Shown piece by piece: positions 52,051-64,000 of a DNA stretch of 64,000 nt (position 1 is its first letter; each line of letters starts with the position of its first letter). The DNA is taken from contig JAHRHZ010000271.1 of NCBI GenBank assembly GCA_024137785.1, positions 23,175,915 through 23,239,914 of the forward strand, written 5' to 3'. The position numbers were made by a program, and so were the translations under genes. This stretch comes from Ginglymostoma cirratum. Its lineage: Eukaryota. Below the pieces are notes generated by a model that was not told the DNA's origin, made no database searches, and saw only the letters and a list, made by a program, of their open reading frames with translations.

Positions 52051-52903
52051 TGTGAAACACTGCTGGTCACCTTGAAGAGGCCGATGACCTAGAGTCTGAA
52101 TACGGACTGTTTACCCTCCTGTTTCCCTAGCTGAAACCACAAAGGCTCAAAGTTGCTCATGGATTGTGCACTGCATAGGAAAACACTGAAAACATGTTTG
52201 ATTGCATTGATGATGTGATGGGCTATATCACAATCATCTGAAGACCATACAGGAAACAGGAAGAGCTTTCTGAATTTTTTTCCCCAGGGATGACTTCTAA
52301 CGATGCTCATGCTTTTTACTGTAAAGTTCAGGCCATTTTAAGATCTACATGATTTGAAAAATAAGGACATTATTCGCATGCTTGCTGTGCCACTGTATGT
52401 TCATTTTATTTTTGAAATGAGATGCATTTGTAAACTGAACCAGATTGCACAGGGGCTTCCTTGGCTTTTCCAACGCTCAGCTTAACATGAATTTGTGGGC
52501 AGGCCCCCTGCAATTCAACTCAGCACAACTTTACTGTTAATGTGCACTTCCAATTGACCTGGTACTGCACAATGCAAGGTAAATCCCTTTTGTGATGTCA
52601 ACAGATTTTTTTTAATCAAAGCTATAAATTGAAAATTTTGTAACCAAATTGCATCAACCCTGTAACATTATTAAGAAAATCTGTAATAGGCAGTTGTAGA
52701 GACGAACATAGCTGCTACTTTTGATAGGAAGGTTATGATTTGGAAACACACAGATCTATTAATTAATGTACAGTACACTGTGCTGCTAGTAGGTTCATCA
52801 TGATTTAGAATCTTACTTCTTTTTAAGCTTTCCTTGCACATTGAATAATATGTGAAAACAAGGAATTTTGTTTTGAGAATTAATCTAAATGGTTTTCTTT
52901 CAG

Positions 52904-53139
52904 GATTGAAAGAGAAAAGCGTGGACAGTTTGGTTTTTGAAACCCTAATTCCAAAACCAATGATGCAGCATTACATCAGTCTTCTCCTGAAACATCGAAG
53001 GCTTATTTTATCAGGGCCCAGTGGGACCGGCAAGTCCTATCTATCCATTCGCTTGGCCGAGTACTTGGTTCAGAGATCAGGACGGGAGGTCACAGATGAA
53101 ATCATTGTAACGTTTAATATGGATACGCATTCGTGCAAG
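52904..53139 (+). CDS. NAV1: NAV1-like exon, AAA+ domain with Walker A (GPSGTGKS)
   Basis: tttcag acceptor and gtaagt donor; 236 nt; VDSLVFETLIPKPMMQHYISLLLKHRRLILSGPSGTGKSYL. Confidence 0.97.
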
Positions 53140-55346
53140 GTAAGTTTTTTTAGGTGCTACTGCAAGCTGACAATTCTCCTTGGCATTGTTTCTCTTTCTC
53201 CTAGATGTTGCAAGAAATGGAGTGGCTTGAAATTTTAATTCAGTTCCTCACAGACGTGCAGAATTATTTTCCTCCCCATGCTCTGAATTGCTGCTTGTTT
53301 AAGCCTGTGACAAAACAAAGATCCATTATTCCTCAAACAAGGAGATTTCTGTGTTCTATTTTCCTTCTTGTTGGTGGCGTATTTAACAAGATAATGTGAT
53401 TTAAAAACTGACTGAAGTCAGCTGTATTTTCAAAATGCGTCTTTTGTCATTATATGAGGAAGCCAAATAAACACAAGTGTGTAGTTGAAAAGAAGTAAGA
53501 ATTCCAGAAGCTCGAATCCTGTTCTGCCAAAAAGACAGAGTGGGACTTCATGCTGACTGTCTGGTTGTGCCCTCACCCTAGTTCCACGGTCAGGCTTTGT
53601 TCAACAAAATTGAAATGTCCCCTTGGAAAATTCAACCGGCTGCTTGAGCATAGGACGTTACAGCATCTGACACTGGCTGGGCCACAATACCAGCTTTCCT
53701 TGGGTCAATCACTCATTTGCTGACTGGCTGCTTTTAGAAGGATGCCAAACTACCTCTTTTTCAAGATTTATTCCAAAGTGGGGAGCAGCAGAAAAAATTG
53801 ACCACCCCAGGAATTTCCAGAAGATGGCAAATGTAATTTAAAATTTAGGCCATGTAAGAGCAGAATCCCGGTCATTCACACTTAAAGCGCACTGTTCATC
53901 ATAGGTCAGATAAGTTGAAAAGAATGCAAGTCGAAAAGTTTTTTATTTTAACGACCTTAGTTCTTTGCTTGCTGCAAACTCAGATTTTGTGTAAGCGTCT
54001 TGATGATAAATCAGTTTAGCTTGAGAGTTGTGGTCTGACAGGGAAGTCAGAATGTGGTCAGAATAGTTACTGGTGCATCAATGTGTGAAAAAGATAATTG
54101 TGAATATTGTGACATGGTCCTCAATTCATGTAATGGATTCTGTCCAAATCCTGTCACTCTGTATTGGAGTCATGGAGCTGTCTATTGAACCTGCATTTTT
54201 AGTGTGTGGTGGAGTTAAGGGATTGGAAGACTGCCAAAATTGAAAAAATGCATGTTTACTTCATACTGCAGTTTGCAGATATAATAACCAAACTGAACTC
54301 AAACTTACAAACTTTGATTTAAGTGGAGAGCAGTCTGAGCTTCTTTTCTCTAGATGACTTAAAATATGAGCTTCAAATTTTGCAAGTGTCTTCTAGGTGT
54401 CGTGTTATGTCTCATCGTTAGTAAACCCTTCATGATGTTATGACTATTAAAGCATGTGACCTGAAGGTATAAAAGTCTCAGATGGAATCTTATTTGGGAT
54501 CACTTGAGGCAGTATGTAATTGAAAGCAAGCTTTACTTTGGAACAGAGTAGCTTAACATGAGCCCAGACACTCTGCTTGTATATATATAACAATTGCATA
54601 TATTAGTGAGCTGTGATGAATGTTATTTTCTTCAATGTGCCAACAGTGGTGCATTTGTCCAAGGCCAGTTTCTCATATTACAAGCAAGAATATGAGCATT
54701 GCCTCATCATATAAAAGAGACCCTGCTGAAGGCAAAACCACATGAGTATGGTAGAAGTCAAGAAAATGCTAACGAGGGTACCACTATCTGGAGCTAGAGA
54801 TCTAAACTATTCAGAGAATTTTGGAGAAACATCTTCACACAGTAGAATTTGAACTTTGATATCAAGTGGGATATTTGAGACCAAACATGCAATACATAAA
54901 AACTCAAAGGATGAAGGACAATCCTGATGGGGTTGGACAAGAAAGGGAAAGAGGCTCATGTGAAACAAAAATGCAAGTCTGAGTGATGGGCTGAATGGCC
55001 AGACTGCACTATAAAATCTATGTGGAATGAGCAGAAAGCAGTGGAGTTGAAATTGTACTCCTGACTAATACTTAACTGTTTCTTTTTTCAAATGGCTGAC
55101 AATTATTTTAGAGATATCAAATCAGTTTAAAAAATGGAATGAAGGAGTTCGAAATGAACATAAACATTGGTGTACTCGAACTTTGTGTCATATTTCAAGA
55201 CTCTGAAAACTTTAGTCCGAATAAACATGACATAATTTTATAAACTAAATGAAACCTCATTGCAGCTTCATTCATTGATACTTTGATGATAAAAAATCTA
55301 ATTATTATTTGTGTTTTAAAAAAAATTATTTGTCTTACTTTTGTAG

Positions 55347-55501
55347 GATTTGCAGCTGTACCTTTCCAATCTTGCCAATCAAATTGACAGAGAAACTAGC
55401 ACTGGGAATGTACCATTGGTGATAATCCTTGATGATCTGAGTGAGCCTGGTTCCCTAAGTGAACTTGTCAATGGAGCGCTCACATGCAAATATCACAAAT
55501 G
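55347..55501 (+). CDS. NAV1: NAV1-like exon, AAA+ domain with Walker B (VIILDD)
   Basis: ttgtag acceptor and tg|gtttgt donor; 155 nt; DLQLYLSNLANQIDRET...NGALTCKYHK. Confidence 0.96.
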
Positions 55502-55865
55502 GTTTGTATTTTTGCGACTTACTAATGCATATTACAACTCTTTTACAGATAAAAATACATCAAATTGTTAAAAACTTATGGTAAAACCGAGGGTTTGTTG
55601 GGATATCAAGAGAGTCAAAGCTCCATAATAACAGGGTAGTTCAGTGTTGAGCTAACGTGATTTGCAGTGCTATTTCTAGAGTAACAGTACACAGTTTTTG
55701 CAGAACATGTAAGTTCTTTCGTTACTTCCACACCAAAAGAGTGGAAAACCTAAATAATGTGCACAGACTACCATAATTTTACTGAGATGCAATAACTACA
55801 CTTTTTTAAAAAAAATTGCAACACTTTAAACTATGGAATCATTGTTAACTATAGATGCACATAAA

Positions 55866-56015
55866 CATAGAACTGTACAGCACAGAAACAGCCCTTTTGG
55901 CCCACAGTGCTGTGCCGATCACGACACCAAATAAAACAAATTCCTTCTGCCTGCGCTTGGTCCGTATGCCTCCATTCTTTCCATATTCATGTGCTTATCA
56001 AAAAGTCTCTTAAAT
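55866..56015 (-). mobile_element. Short CR1 3' tail
   Basis: catagaactgtacagcacagaaacagcccttttggccca is the reverse complement of the CR1 tail. Confidence 0.75.
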
Positions 56016-56949
56016 TGTTATACATAAAAGAAATAATTTAAAAATGCAAAAAGTCAGTTTTATTTTAAATATATTTGCACTAAGTGCTCGGATTCTTTTT
56101 TGATCTTGTAAGACACAGTATTATTTACATTTCACAAATGAAAGTATAATTTTAATTGAATTGTTTAAGGTAATTAATGTTTCTGAAGTGAATATTAGAA
56201 ACCCAGTTCCATCTGAAAACCATTGACTATGTTATGGTATAATTTTTATTATCAAATACTTTGTTCTTTGCCATGTTAAAATCTCATTTTATTTCAATTA
56301 CTATTGATTTATTCAGATTCTTACAAAAAGAAAAATAGCTACTGAAAGCTGCATTACGATCAGTGCCGCATTAAATGAATCATTCAGTGATAGATTTCTT
56401 TGATCTTGAAGTCGAAAGTTAAAAATGGTCTCTCATCATGGGTTTTCTTCTTTTTGCCATCACAATTTTGAAGTTGTAAGTTTTTAAAAAAAACTCTCAG
56501 TAACGTTCAAAGAGATAATGCAAAGAAATAAGGTAATTTTAATCTGATTGGAGAACAAGCAATTCTGTGATGTGATATTTTAGTCCTGTAACTGTGGCTG
56601 TAATGATATTTTCAACAATAGTCTGCATCAGTAGACAGAATTTAAGAGAAAGTAAAAGAAAAAGCCTAAACTGAAATTTAGAATGTAGAATGTAGAATGT
56701 CAGAGCTAACTTTGCAGAATGTCAGATGGTGATTGACGATCTGGATACCTAGTTGAAGGACCATTGAGTTTGTCAGGATCCAGATCTTAACCTTCACTGA
56801 GTGGTCTCCCATGCTGAAAATTCCCTCACCTCCAGCCTGCTGTCTGCCAAATAGCTGATCCATCCAGAGGAGCCAGTTATATTTCGATATAAGAAGGGGC
56901 ACACTGCCCCTCTATAAAGTAATTCCTAGATGGTCCTTCAGGCAACCTC

Positions 56950-57315
56950 TTATGCTCACTCCTAGTTTGCCAATGCCTCAATTTTAAAGCTCTCGCATTT
57001 ACGTTTAAATCCCTTAATCTTGCACATCCTAATAATGAGTTCCATCATTCTGGTATCTCTCCAATACTGGTTGCTTGTGCATCTCTCACTTCCCTGTCAT
57101 TCATAGCCGCGCTTTTTGGGCTTCGTCTGTAAACTCTAGAGTTCTCTCCTTAAAGGTCTCCAACTTCAAATTTCTCTCCACCTTACACGTTCCTTAAAAT
57201 CTACTATTATCAATCACCTGTCTGAGTAACTTCTTTGTTTCAGTATCAGTTTTTTACCTGGTGTACAATCATGCAAAGTTCATTAGAAAGTTATCCTACA
57301 GTGAAAGTGCTGTGT
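56950..57315 (+). mobile_element. Old L2-type 3' end
   Basis: Loose similarity to 33660-34090. Confidence 0.45.
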
Positions 57316-58524
57316 CAGTGACTTGCAAAGCAGTCTGCTCTAAAATAAGAACAAAGCTCATCTCCTATTGGCATCTCCATAAGATAAGCGCATTCTCCCT
57401 CTCTTCTCCCACTGCAACCCCTTAAAAAAAAACGACCATACTTTAAACCTTTCCTGCTACCTGGTCTCTTACTCTTAACTGTGCAGATTATAGAGTTAAG
57501 TATGATCAGAAATAGCACTTATTGATATTAAGTGCACTTTTCAGTTTGGATGAGACAGTTATAGCTTTCAATGAAAAGCTAAATCTGACATTAAAGCTAC
57601 ATTTCTTTGCAACAATATACATGTCCCTGATGTCTTCACAGCTAGAGGTGTATAGCGTTTTTCTAGTTTCCAGGAAAAAGGTTAAAAGTATATTGATTAT
57701 ATTGGCATTATTTACTGTTTAGAAACATTTAAGCACAACATATTTTAGACTTAAAAACAACATTGTGTTGTAGGTCTCTAACTCTGATGTTAAATAGGAA
57801 TTCGCACTCCAGCAAGTTACCAACCAAACAATATTTAGTTCCCACATCTTACAGATGTTATCTCTCTCTACAAATAATGTTACATTCATAACATGAGTAC
57901 TGTCATAAAGTGGAATATTGCGTGTTGTTGTTTAGACTGGTAATTATTAATGAGCTTTGACTGTAGCGATATTTGCGTACAGCTACTAAACACAAACTTC
58001 TGAAACATGACCTTCATTAACAATGCCCCTCCTTTGAACATGACCCACCCTCTGTGCTCCCTGTGATCCCAATCTCTGCCTTCACTCGACTGTGCCTGGG
58101 TCCCTCACTGACTCTGGCCATCTCCCCTGAGTTCTTTACTGGCAGCAGCCAATGATTGACTAGCGCCTTGTGTTTGGCCAGATTTCCAGCTCCAGGCTCA
58201 AATCCTGGGGCAGGCCCAACGTTGGCTTTCCCCAATGGGCGATGTGATATCCTTGCCAGAATTAAATACCACACACATTCCTGTCTTCATTTTTAACTGG
58301 AAGATCAACACATGCAGCATCATCAGAGAGTAAATTGAATCCTTAATCCCATCAGTTTTGTTACTGAGGAAAGATGAACTTGCTAATAGAAGATTTTTGG
58401 AAGTGGATTTTACTTAACATTTTTAATTTCAATGAAGAAACTCTGCTTGACAAATTGTACCCTCATGACCCATCTGAAGATTAAAACTAGTTTTTGAACA
58501 AACAGCATGTTTTGTACATTGCTA

Positions 58525-58835
58525 ACCAGAGGGCGTATTTTTAAGGTGAGAGGAGAAAGATTTAAAAAGGATCTGAGGGGTAACTTTTTAACACACAGGA
58601 TGGTTCATGTGTGGAATAAACTGTCATAGGCAATGGTAGATGTAGGTACAGTTACAACATTTAAAAGCCATTTGAACAGGTACATGAATAAGAACGGTTT
58701 AGAGGGATATGGGCAAAAAGCAGGCAAGTGGGATTCGTTTAGAGATGATAGGAATTCGTTTAGTTTGGGAAACTTGGTCAGCGTGGACGAGTTGGACCGA
58801 CGGGTCTGTTTCTGTGCTGTATGACTCTGACTCTA
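58525..58835 (+). mobile_element. CR1/HER1 LINE 3' end
   Basis: FKVRGERFKKDLRGNFLTHRMV.VWN coding; tail ctgtttctgtgctgtatgactctgactct. Confidence 0.88.
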
Positions 58836-60163
58836 AACATTCACTACCAACTTGTAATAAGTACCAATTACTTCAGTGGCCTGAGTTTCAATGTGTTGTT
58901 ATCCTAAGATCAGAAATATCTTCTGTTCAGTTTCCAGATGATGTTGCTCAGAAATTATAATTTTTAAAACATTTTAAAATTAGAATCCATCTGGCATTAA
59001 TTGTTAAAACATTTAGTGGGTAATACTCCGTAAGTACCAGTGAGCAAGTTTTCCTCCAAGGCCAGCACAATTCAGAAGATGAATCTCTTATTGCTAATAC
59101 GAAGGCCTTTATATATATTATAAGCCACACTTCCTAATTCAGTTATGGACATGATTTGATATTGATCACTTTGTCAAGCAGGATGCAGAGAATATATGGC
59201 TCAGATCCAGCAATCTCCAGACTGTAGAAGACCAGTTACACAATTTAACATGCATCTCGAGACCTGACAGAATTTGACAAGCAATTAATCCTGGCTTAGC
59301 TAGCAATGCACTCGTCTCTTAAACAAGTTTATTTTTAAAAGACCCACACTGTGATTCCATCAAAATTGTGCAGGACACTTGAACTTCCAATGGGATGTTC
59401 CCAAGTTGTCCGGGACCCTCTGAAAAGTCCCTGACTCTGAGTTAGAGTTGAGGACTTTGGACAGTTGTGATTTACTTAGCTGGGCGGTTATCTGAGAAAA
59501 GTTGGGCAGAAAATATCCCCATCTAAATCCTCGATAGTTCAACAGCTGACACTTGCCCCCAAACCCCTTCTACTACCCCGCCTACCCGAACGCAACCTGA
59601 CTATACCCCACCTGACTTGTTCACCCCTCAACCTGATCTAATCTTATCACTCTGTCCAACTGTTCCTCTTACCAACTTACCTCACTTAACTCACCGAATC
59701 ATTCAGTAATACATGAGAAGCATTGGGACATTTAAACTTGTGTCTACCAGAGTATAACGGGCAATGTTGTAAAAAGTGAATGAGACTTCTACACAGGTTG
59801 CCTTTGCTCCTTCTGAGATTTCTCTACTGAGGGAATTCTTTGAGCTCCTTCATCAGAGGATTAGACAGAAACATTGAAGGAAGGTAAGCAGGTAGCATGG
59901 TCAGCTTCAGAAATGGGAGCCTGATCACTGAGTAGAAGATTTGGGGCAATGTGAACAATTGTTTCACATTTCTTACTCTGATTTTTCTGAGCATCACCAG
60001 TCTTTCTAGTTGGAGCTGTTCCAAGTGTTCAATGGCTATTCAAAAATTGCATGCCATTTCCAACTCCAGAACATTGACTTCAAAAGTTAATTCAGTCCTG
60101 AAATTGACAACTGTCTAACATCGCAGTTTAAACATTGTATTTTCTTTTTTTCTTACAATATAG

Positions 60164-60235
60164 CCCATATGTAATTGGAACCACTAACCAGCCTGTCAAA
60201 ACAACACCAAACCATGGCCTTCATCTCAGTTTCAG
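60164..60235 (+). CDS. NAV1: NAV1-like exon, CPYVIGTTNQPVKTTPNHGLHLSFR
   Basis: atatag acceptor and gtaaaa donor; 72 nt, phase 2/2. Confidence 0.95.
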
Positions 60236-60599
60236 GTAAAATGCAGATCTGTGCGTGTAGAAACTAGTATTCATATAACCATACCTTTTTTCATAGATGG
60301 GTTGGACTTCTCATAAAAGAATAAAAGCCAGAATAAATCTTGGACTAATTTAACCCCTTTCATTAACTGAATGTTTGAAATCAAAATAAACCATGCTCAC
60401 CTGTTAATAATTGAAAGGAAAATGGCAGGTTAATATTTTGGTCTCAAATTGCTGTGATGCCTTACAATGAAGATTTGTAATAATAACTAATGAATTACAA
60501 ATTAGAACTATTTCTTGTTTTATTTTTCTGATCTTTATATCCCATGATAGTTTTTCTGTGTCCTACAGCATAATTTAATTTTTAATGCATGGGTTTCAA

Positions 60600-60875
60600 T
60601 GTGTAGAAACAATGGAGAAATTCAGCATCCATGAAGAGAATACTTGAGTTAACCTTTTAGTCCGGTGTCCCTTCTTCAGAACTGACAGCAGCTAGGGAAT
60701 ATTGGTATTCATGCTGACGATGGGGGTGGGGATGGAAAAGGAATGAGCAGATAGGTGGAAAGAGAGAGCCCAGAGAGAGGGAAAGGAGGAGGGGGCTGTG
60801 CAGGAAAGACGATTCAGACAGAGGGATTGTTGCTAATGAGCAAGGGGGAGGCACAATGAGTAGGTGAAAATAGGT
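60600..60875 (-). mobile_element. Degenerate Penelope 3' end with a hammerhead relic
   Basis: The minus strand reads AGTT-CTGAAGA-AGGGACACCGGACT-AAAAGGTT-AACT at 60647-60683, next to a purine-rich spacer like the reverse of 28530-28890. Confidence 0.6.
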
Positions 60876-61766
60876 TGAGTTTCTTGTCAATGTTAAAGAT
60901 CTTGATAGTGAGGGATTCAGTGACGGTAATGCCATTGATTTTCAAGGGATGGTGGTTGGATTGCCTGTCTGTTATTGGAGATTATCATTGCCTGGCATTT
61001 TGCAACAGAGATGTTACTTGCCATTTGCTAGCCCAAGCCTGCATATTGTCCAGATCTTATTGGATTTGAACATGGATGGCTTCGGTGTCTGAGGAGTTGC
61101 AAATGCTGCTGAACATTGTGCAATTGTCTGTGTGAGAAGTTTACAGGAAACGGTCAGTTTTATTCAGGAACTCACTATGCTGCTGGTGTGACAGCATGCT
61201 GCTGCAGTATTCTTGGCTGGTAGACCTGATTGCTGCTTGTGGTGTATCTGAGCTGGCTATGCAAACAACCTCATCCCTTGTGGTTTAGTGCAGATTTCTG
61301 CCTTGGACTAGTTGGGAGTTCAGTTCTGCTGCGTTTGCACCAGCAATTCTCAAGGAATTTAGGGCTGTAATGTTTTGGAAGTCATGTCAAAACCTCCTTT
61401 ACTTGTATATGTTTTGATTTGTAGCAGAGGTAATATTCAGAGATTTTTTAAACTTAAAATTAAATTCTATGAAGAATTGTTTCATGAAAGTTAAAGAAAA
61501 GGCAAACTGGACAATTAACAGATTGAAATCCCAACGTTTTCTTTACAATATAATGAGACATTTGGGCTCCATTGAACTAATTACATGTTGTTTAGCTAAA
61601 CAACAATAATTGCAGAAAATCAGTTGATGAATTGTATTTGCTGAGTAGGGAGTATTTCTGTGTCTTTTATGAGTATAAATAATTGTGATATTACTCTCAT
61701 GAGTTTGTAATTTCTTTATCTGCAAATAAAAAATACTAAGTAACACCACCTAATTTTGATCTCTAG

Positions 61767-61963
61767 GCTGGTGCCATTTTCAAACAATGCAGAGCCTGCC
61801 AACGGATTCCTAAGTCGCTATTTACAACGGAAACTGATTGAATCAGAGAATGTTGCAAATGCAAACAATAATGAAATCCTCAATATTCTTAACTGGGTGC
61901 CCAAGTTATGGTACCATCTCCACACATTTCTGGAAATGTACAGTACGTCTGACTTCCTTATTG
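61767..61963 (+). CDS. NAV1: NAV1-like exon, LVPFSNNAEPANGFLSRYLQRKL...WYHLHTFLEMYSTSDFLI
   Basis: ctctag acceptor and gtaagt donor; 197 nt. Confidence 0.96.
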
Positions 61964-63908
61964 GTAAGTGCTAATGCTTTGTCAGTAACGATCACTTAAT
62001 GTCCATCAATAGCTGATTATTTAATTTATTGTCGGTTAATTTGCTGGAAAGGCATCTAAATCTTAATATTTTAAAACTCGTGTATTAGTCACAGTTCTTT
62101 TCATCAGTGTCTTACTTTGAACACTTGTTGGTGTGAAATCTAGAAGTTCTTGAAGTAATAAACAACACTGACATTTTCTCTGTTTGCAAATGTCATGGGC
62201 AAAAGCTTTAGTTAGTGTGGGGTCTCTACAATCAGCTGCAAAGCCAGTGAGAGTCTCATATTACATCTTTTGAGGAGGGTACATCTGATCTTCTGCCAAT
62301 TGGCCATTTCCAAGAAAGTTGGGAGCCTTTGCCCACAATCAAGTCCCTGTGGGTGAAAATCCCTCAGGACAGAAGCTGACTCGCAGTTCCTGCACTCAGC
62401 AGCCCCTGGTAGGAGGCAATAGCTATTGACCAGGAAAAAAAACCATTGTTGATTTGTGGAGAGATGAGTTGTTGTGGAGACGTCTAGGATTGAGAGTTGA
62501 GGGATGCAATGGAGTTGACCGCAAATGCAGCGGTGGTGGCCCTCAGAAACGTCCCTTTGCCCTCCATAACACACTGAGCGCCTTTATGATCACAAGCTCC
62601 TCAAGCCTTCTCAGTTGATGTGCAGCTTGCACTATTTTTGACTCTGGGAAGGCTGTTAGTTTCCTATTATTTGGATTCATAATGTTGATTTTAGGAGTTT
62701 GCTAATAAAGTAGGTTTGCATATTTAAGTCAGTCTTGAGGGGAGCGAAGGAATACCAGTAGGCCATTCAGTCTCTTAAGCCTACTCCACTGTTTAATCAG
62801 AGTTGACCTATGTCTTGATGCAGTTGACTTGCCTATGTTCCACGTCCTTCAAAAATGCTTACATGATCAAGGTTTGTCAATCCCAGTCATTGAAATTTCA
62901 GCTGATCAACATTAAAGCACTGACACTTGTGTGGGAAGGAAGAATACTTGGACCTGATTCTTGCTTTTATGCCTCTTTGTGAAGTGGAATTTGGTGACAA
63001 AACTGACATCTGTTAGCTGTTCCTAGTTGTCAGTGTCTGGTGAGTTCTCTGAGAATGCTAGAGTCCATTTGGTGAAGGTGCCCCCCGCCCCCCAACAAAT
63101 TTTGCAGTTAGAAACAGTCCCAGGCAACAAGGGAACAGAGGTATGTATGTCTGAGTTAGGTTCTCATGTAACTTGGATGGGAGGAGCATAGATATGGAGA
63201 TGTTCTCATTCACCTGTTCCTCTTGTCCTTTGGTCAGCTATTCCTGTTGCAAGGCCTTGCATTAATTCTAAGAATGTGAATCCTTGTTCTAGACCCAGAA
63301 ACCAGCAATTTCCCTATTAAACAAAGGATGAGAAGTAGATTTTCTTTCTACACAAGGGAAATCTTTCAAAGTAATTTAAGAGATTGGGAAATAGTTGGAT
63401 CTCTGCTCTTGGTCCTTCTCTTCCTTTCCAATCAATTATTTTCTGTAATTGCATTAGGTTATTGATAACATCAGTGCTTTGCCGGATTCAAATCCAGCTC
63501 AGTAAAGTCTGGCACACAAATCTAAATTGAAAATACTGCCTCCCGTTGCAGCTATTGGCTGAGCATTTCTCTTATCATCCAATAGCAGCCACAGCATGTT
63601 GAGTGAAAATACCAAAGTTGACACTGTACCATTTTAAAAATCCTTTGTGGTCGGGGTTTATTAAAATGAATTATTACTATGCCTTTCTTCACACTGTGAT
63701 TTCTGGTCCACATACTCGGTGTAGTTGACAGTGCTGTGTGGACTTGCAAATGCTGGCAGGAGGTCAGTCATCATTTGTCTACTTCTTCAAATATTTGAAT
63801 GTATGCACTTACTTTCATCTTATTAACTTCTTAAAAAAAAATGGTCTGGAACATGTTGTAGCCATTACAGGATAGGGATATGACATTTTTTTATCTACTC
63901 CTTTGCAG

Positions 63909-64000
63909 GTCCTTGTTTTTTCCTGTCTTCTCCCGTTAATGTGGCTGAGTTCAGGGAATGGTTCATTGACCTATGGAATTATTCCATTCTCCCCTATCTT
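63909..64000 (+). CDS. NAV1: NAV1-like exon truncated by the window end, GPCFFLSSPVNVAEFREWFIDLWNYSILPYL
   Basis: ctttgcag acceptor; WFIDLWNxSIxPYL NAV motif. Confidence 0.95.

Noticed and set aside
52904-60235. McrB-like P-loop NTPase as a prokaryotic defence system or horizontal transfer
   Set aside because: It is the intron-split AAA+ domain of a normal metazoan NAV/UNC-53 protein.
54-63749. Numerous 60-170-aa ORFs in the supplied track as independent genes
   Set aside because: They are exon read-throughs, transposon fragments, their antisense frames or random ORFs; there is no evidence of a nested gene.
1-64000. CRISPR arrays, rRNA, intronic snoRNA or miRNA
   Set aside because: I saw no regularly spaced repeats and no convincing C/D box pair with a terminal stem; an Rfam scan would be needed to exclude small RNAs.

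Overview
Eukaryotic, AT-rich, repeat-laden vertebrate DNA. The repeat content (HE1/V-SINE, HER1/CR1 LINEs, DeuSINE, Penelope-like elements) points to an elasmobranch (shark or ray); this is inference. The whole window lies inside one + strand gene, a neuron navigator (NAV1-like). I traced 18 GT-AG exons from 1721 to the window end. They join in consistent phase into a 2093-nt open frame covering the coiled-coil regions and the AAA+ domain, and include a 24-nt and a 9-nt (VYE) microexon. The introns hold many CR1, L2 and SINE fragments, degenerate PIF/Harbinger remnants (Myb/SANT ORFs), probable solo LTRs and a Penelope-like GIY-YIG retroelement fragment. The most notable non-coding signal is a family of at least 8 minimal hammerhead-ribozyme-like motifs related to the Penelope 3' end. 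Two of these are ~110-130-bp stand-alone insertions with exact 12-bp target-site duplications, and one keeps an intact catalytic core on the pre-mRNA strand. Most ORFs in the supplied track are spurious or transposon-derived. Family assignments are from recall of consensus features, not database searches.
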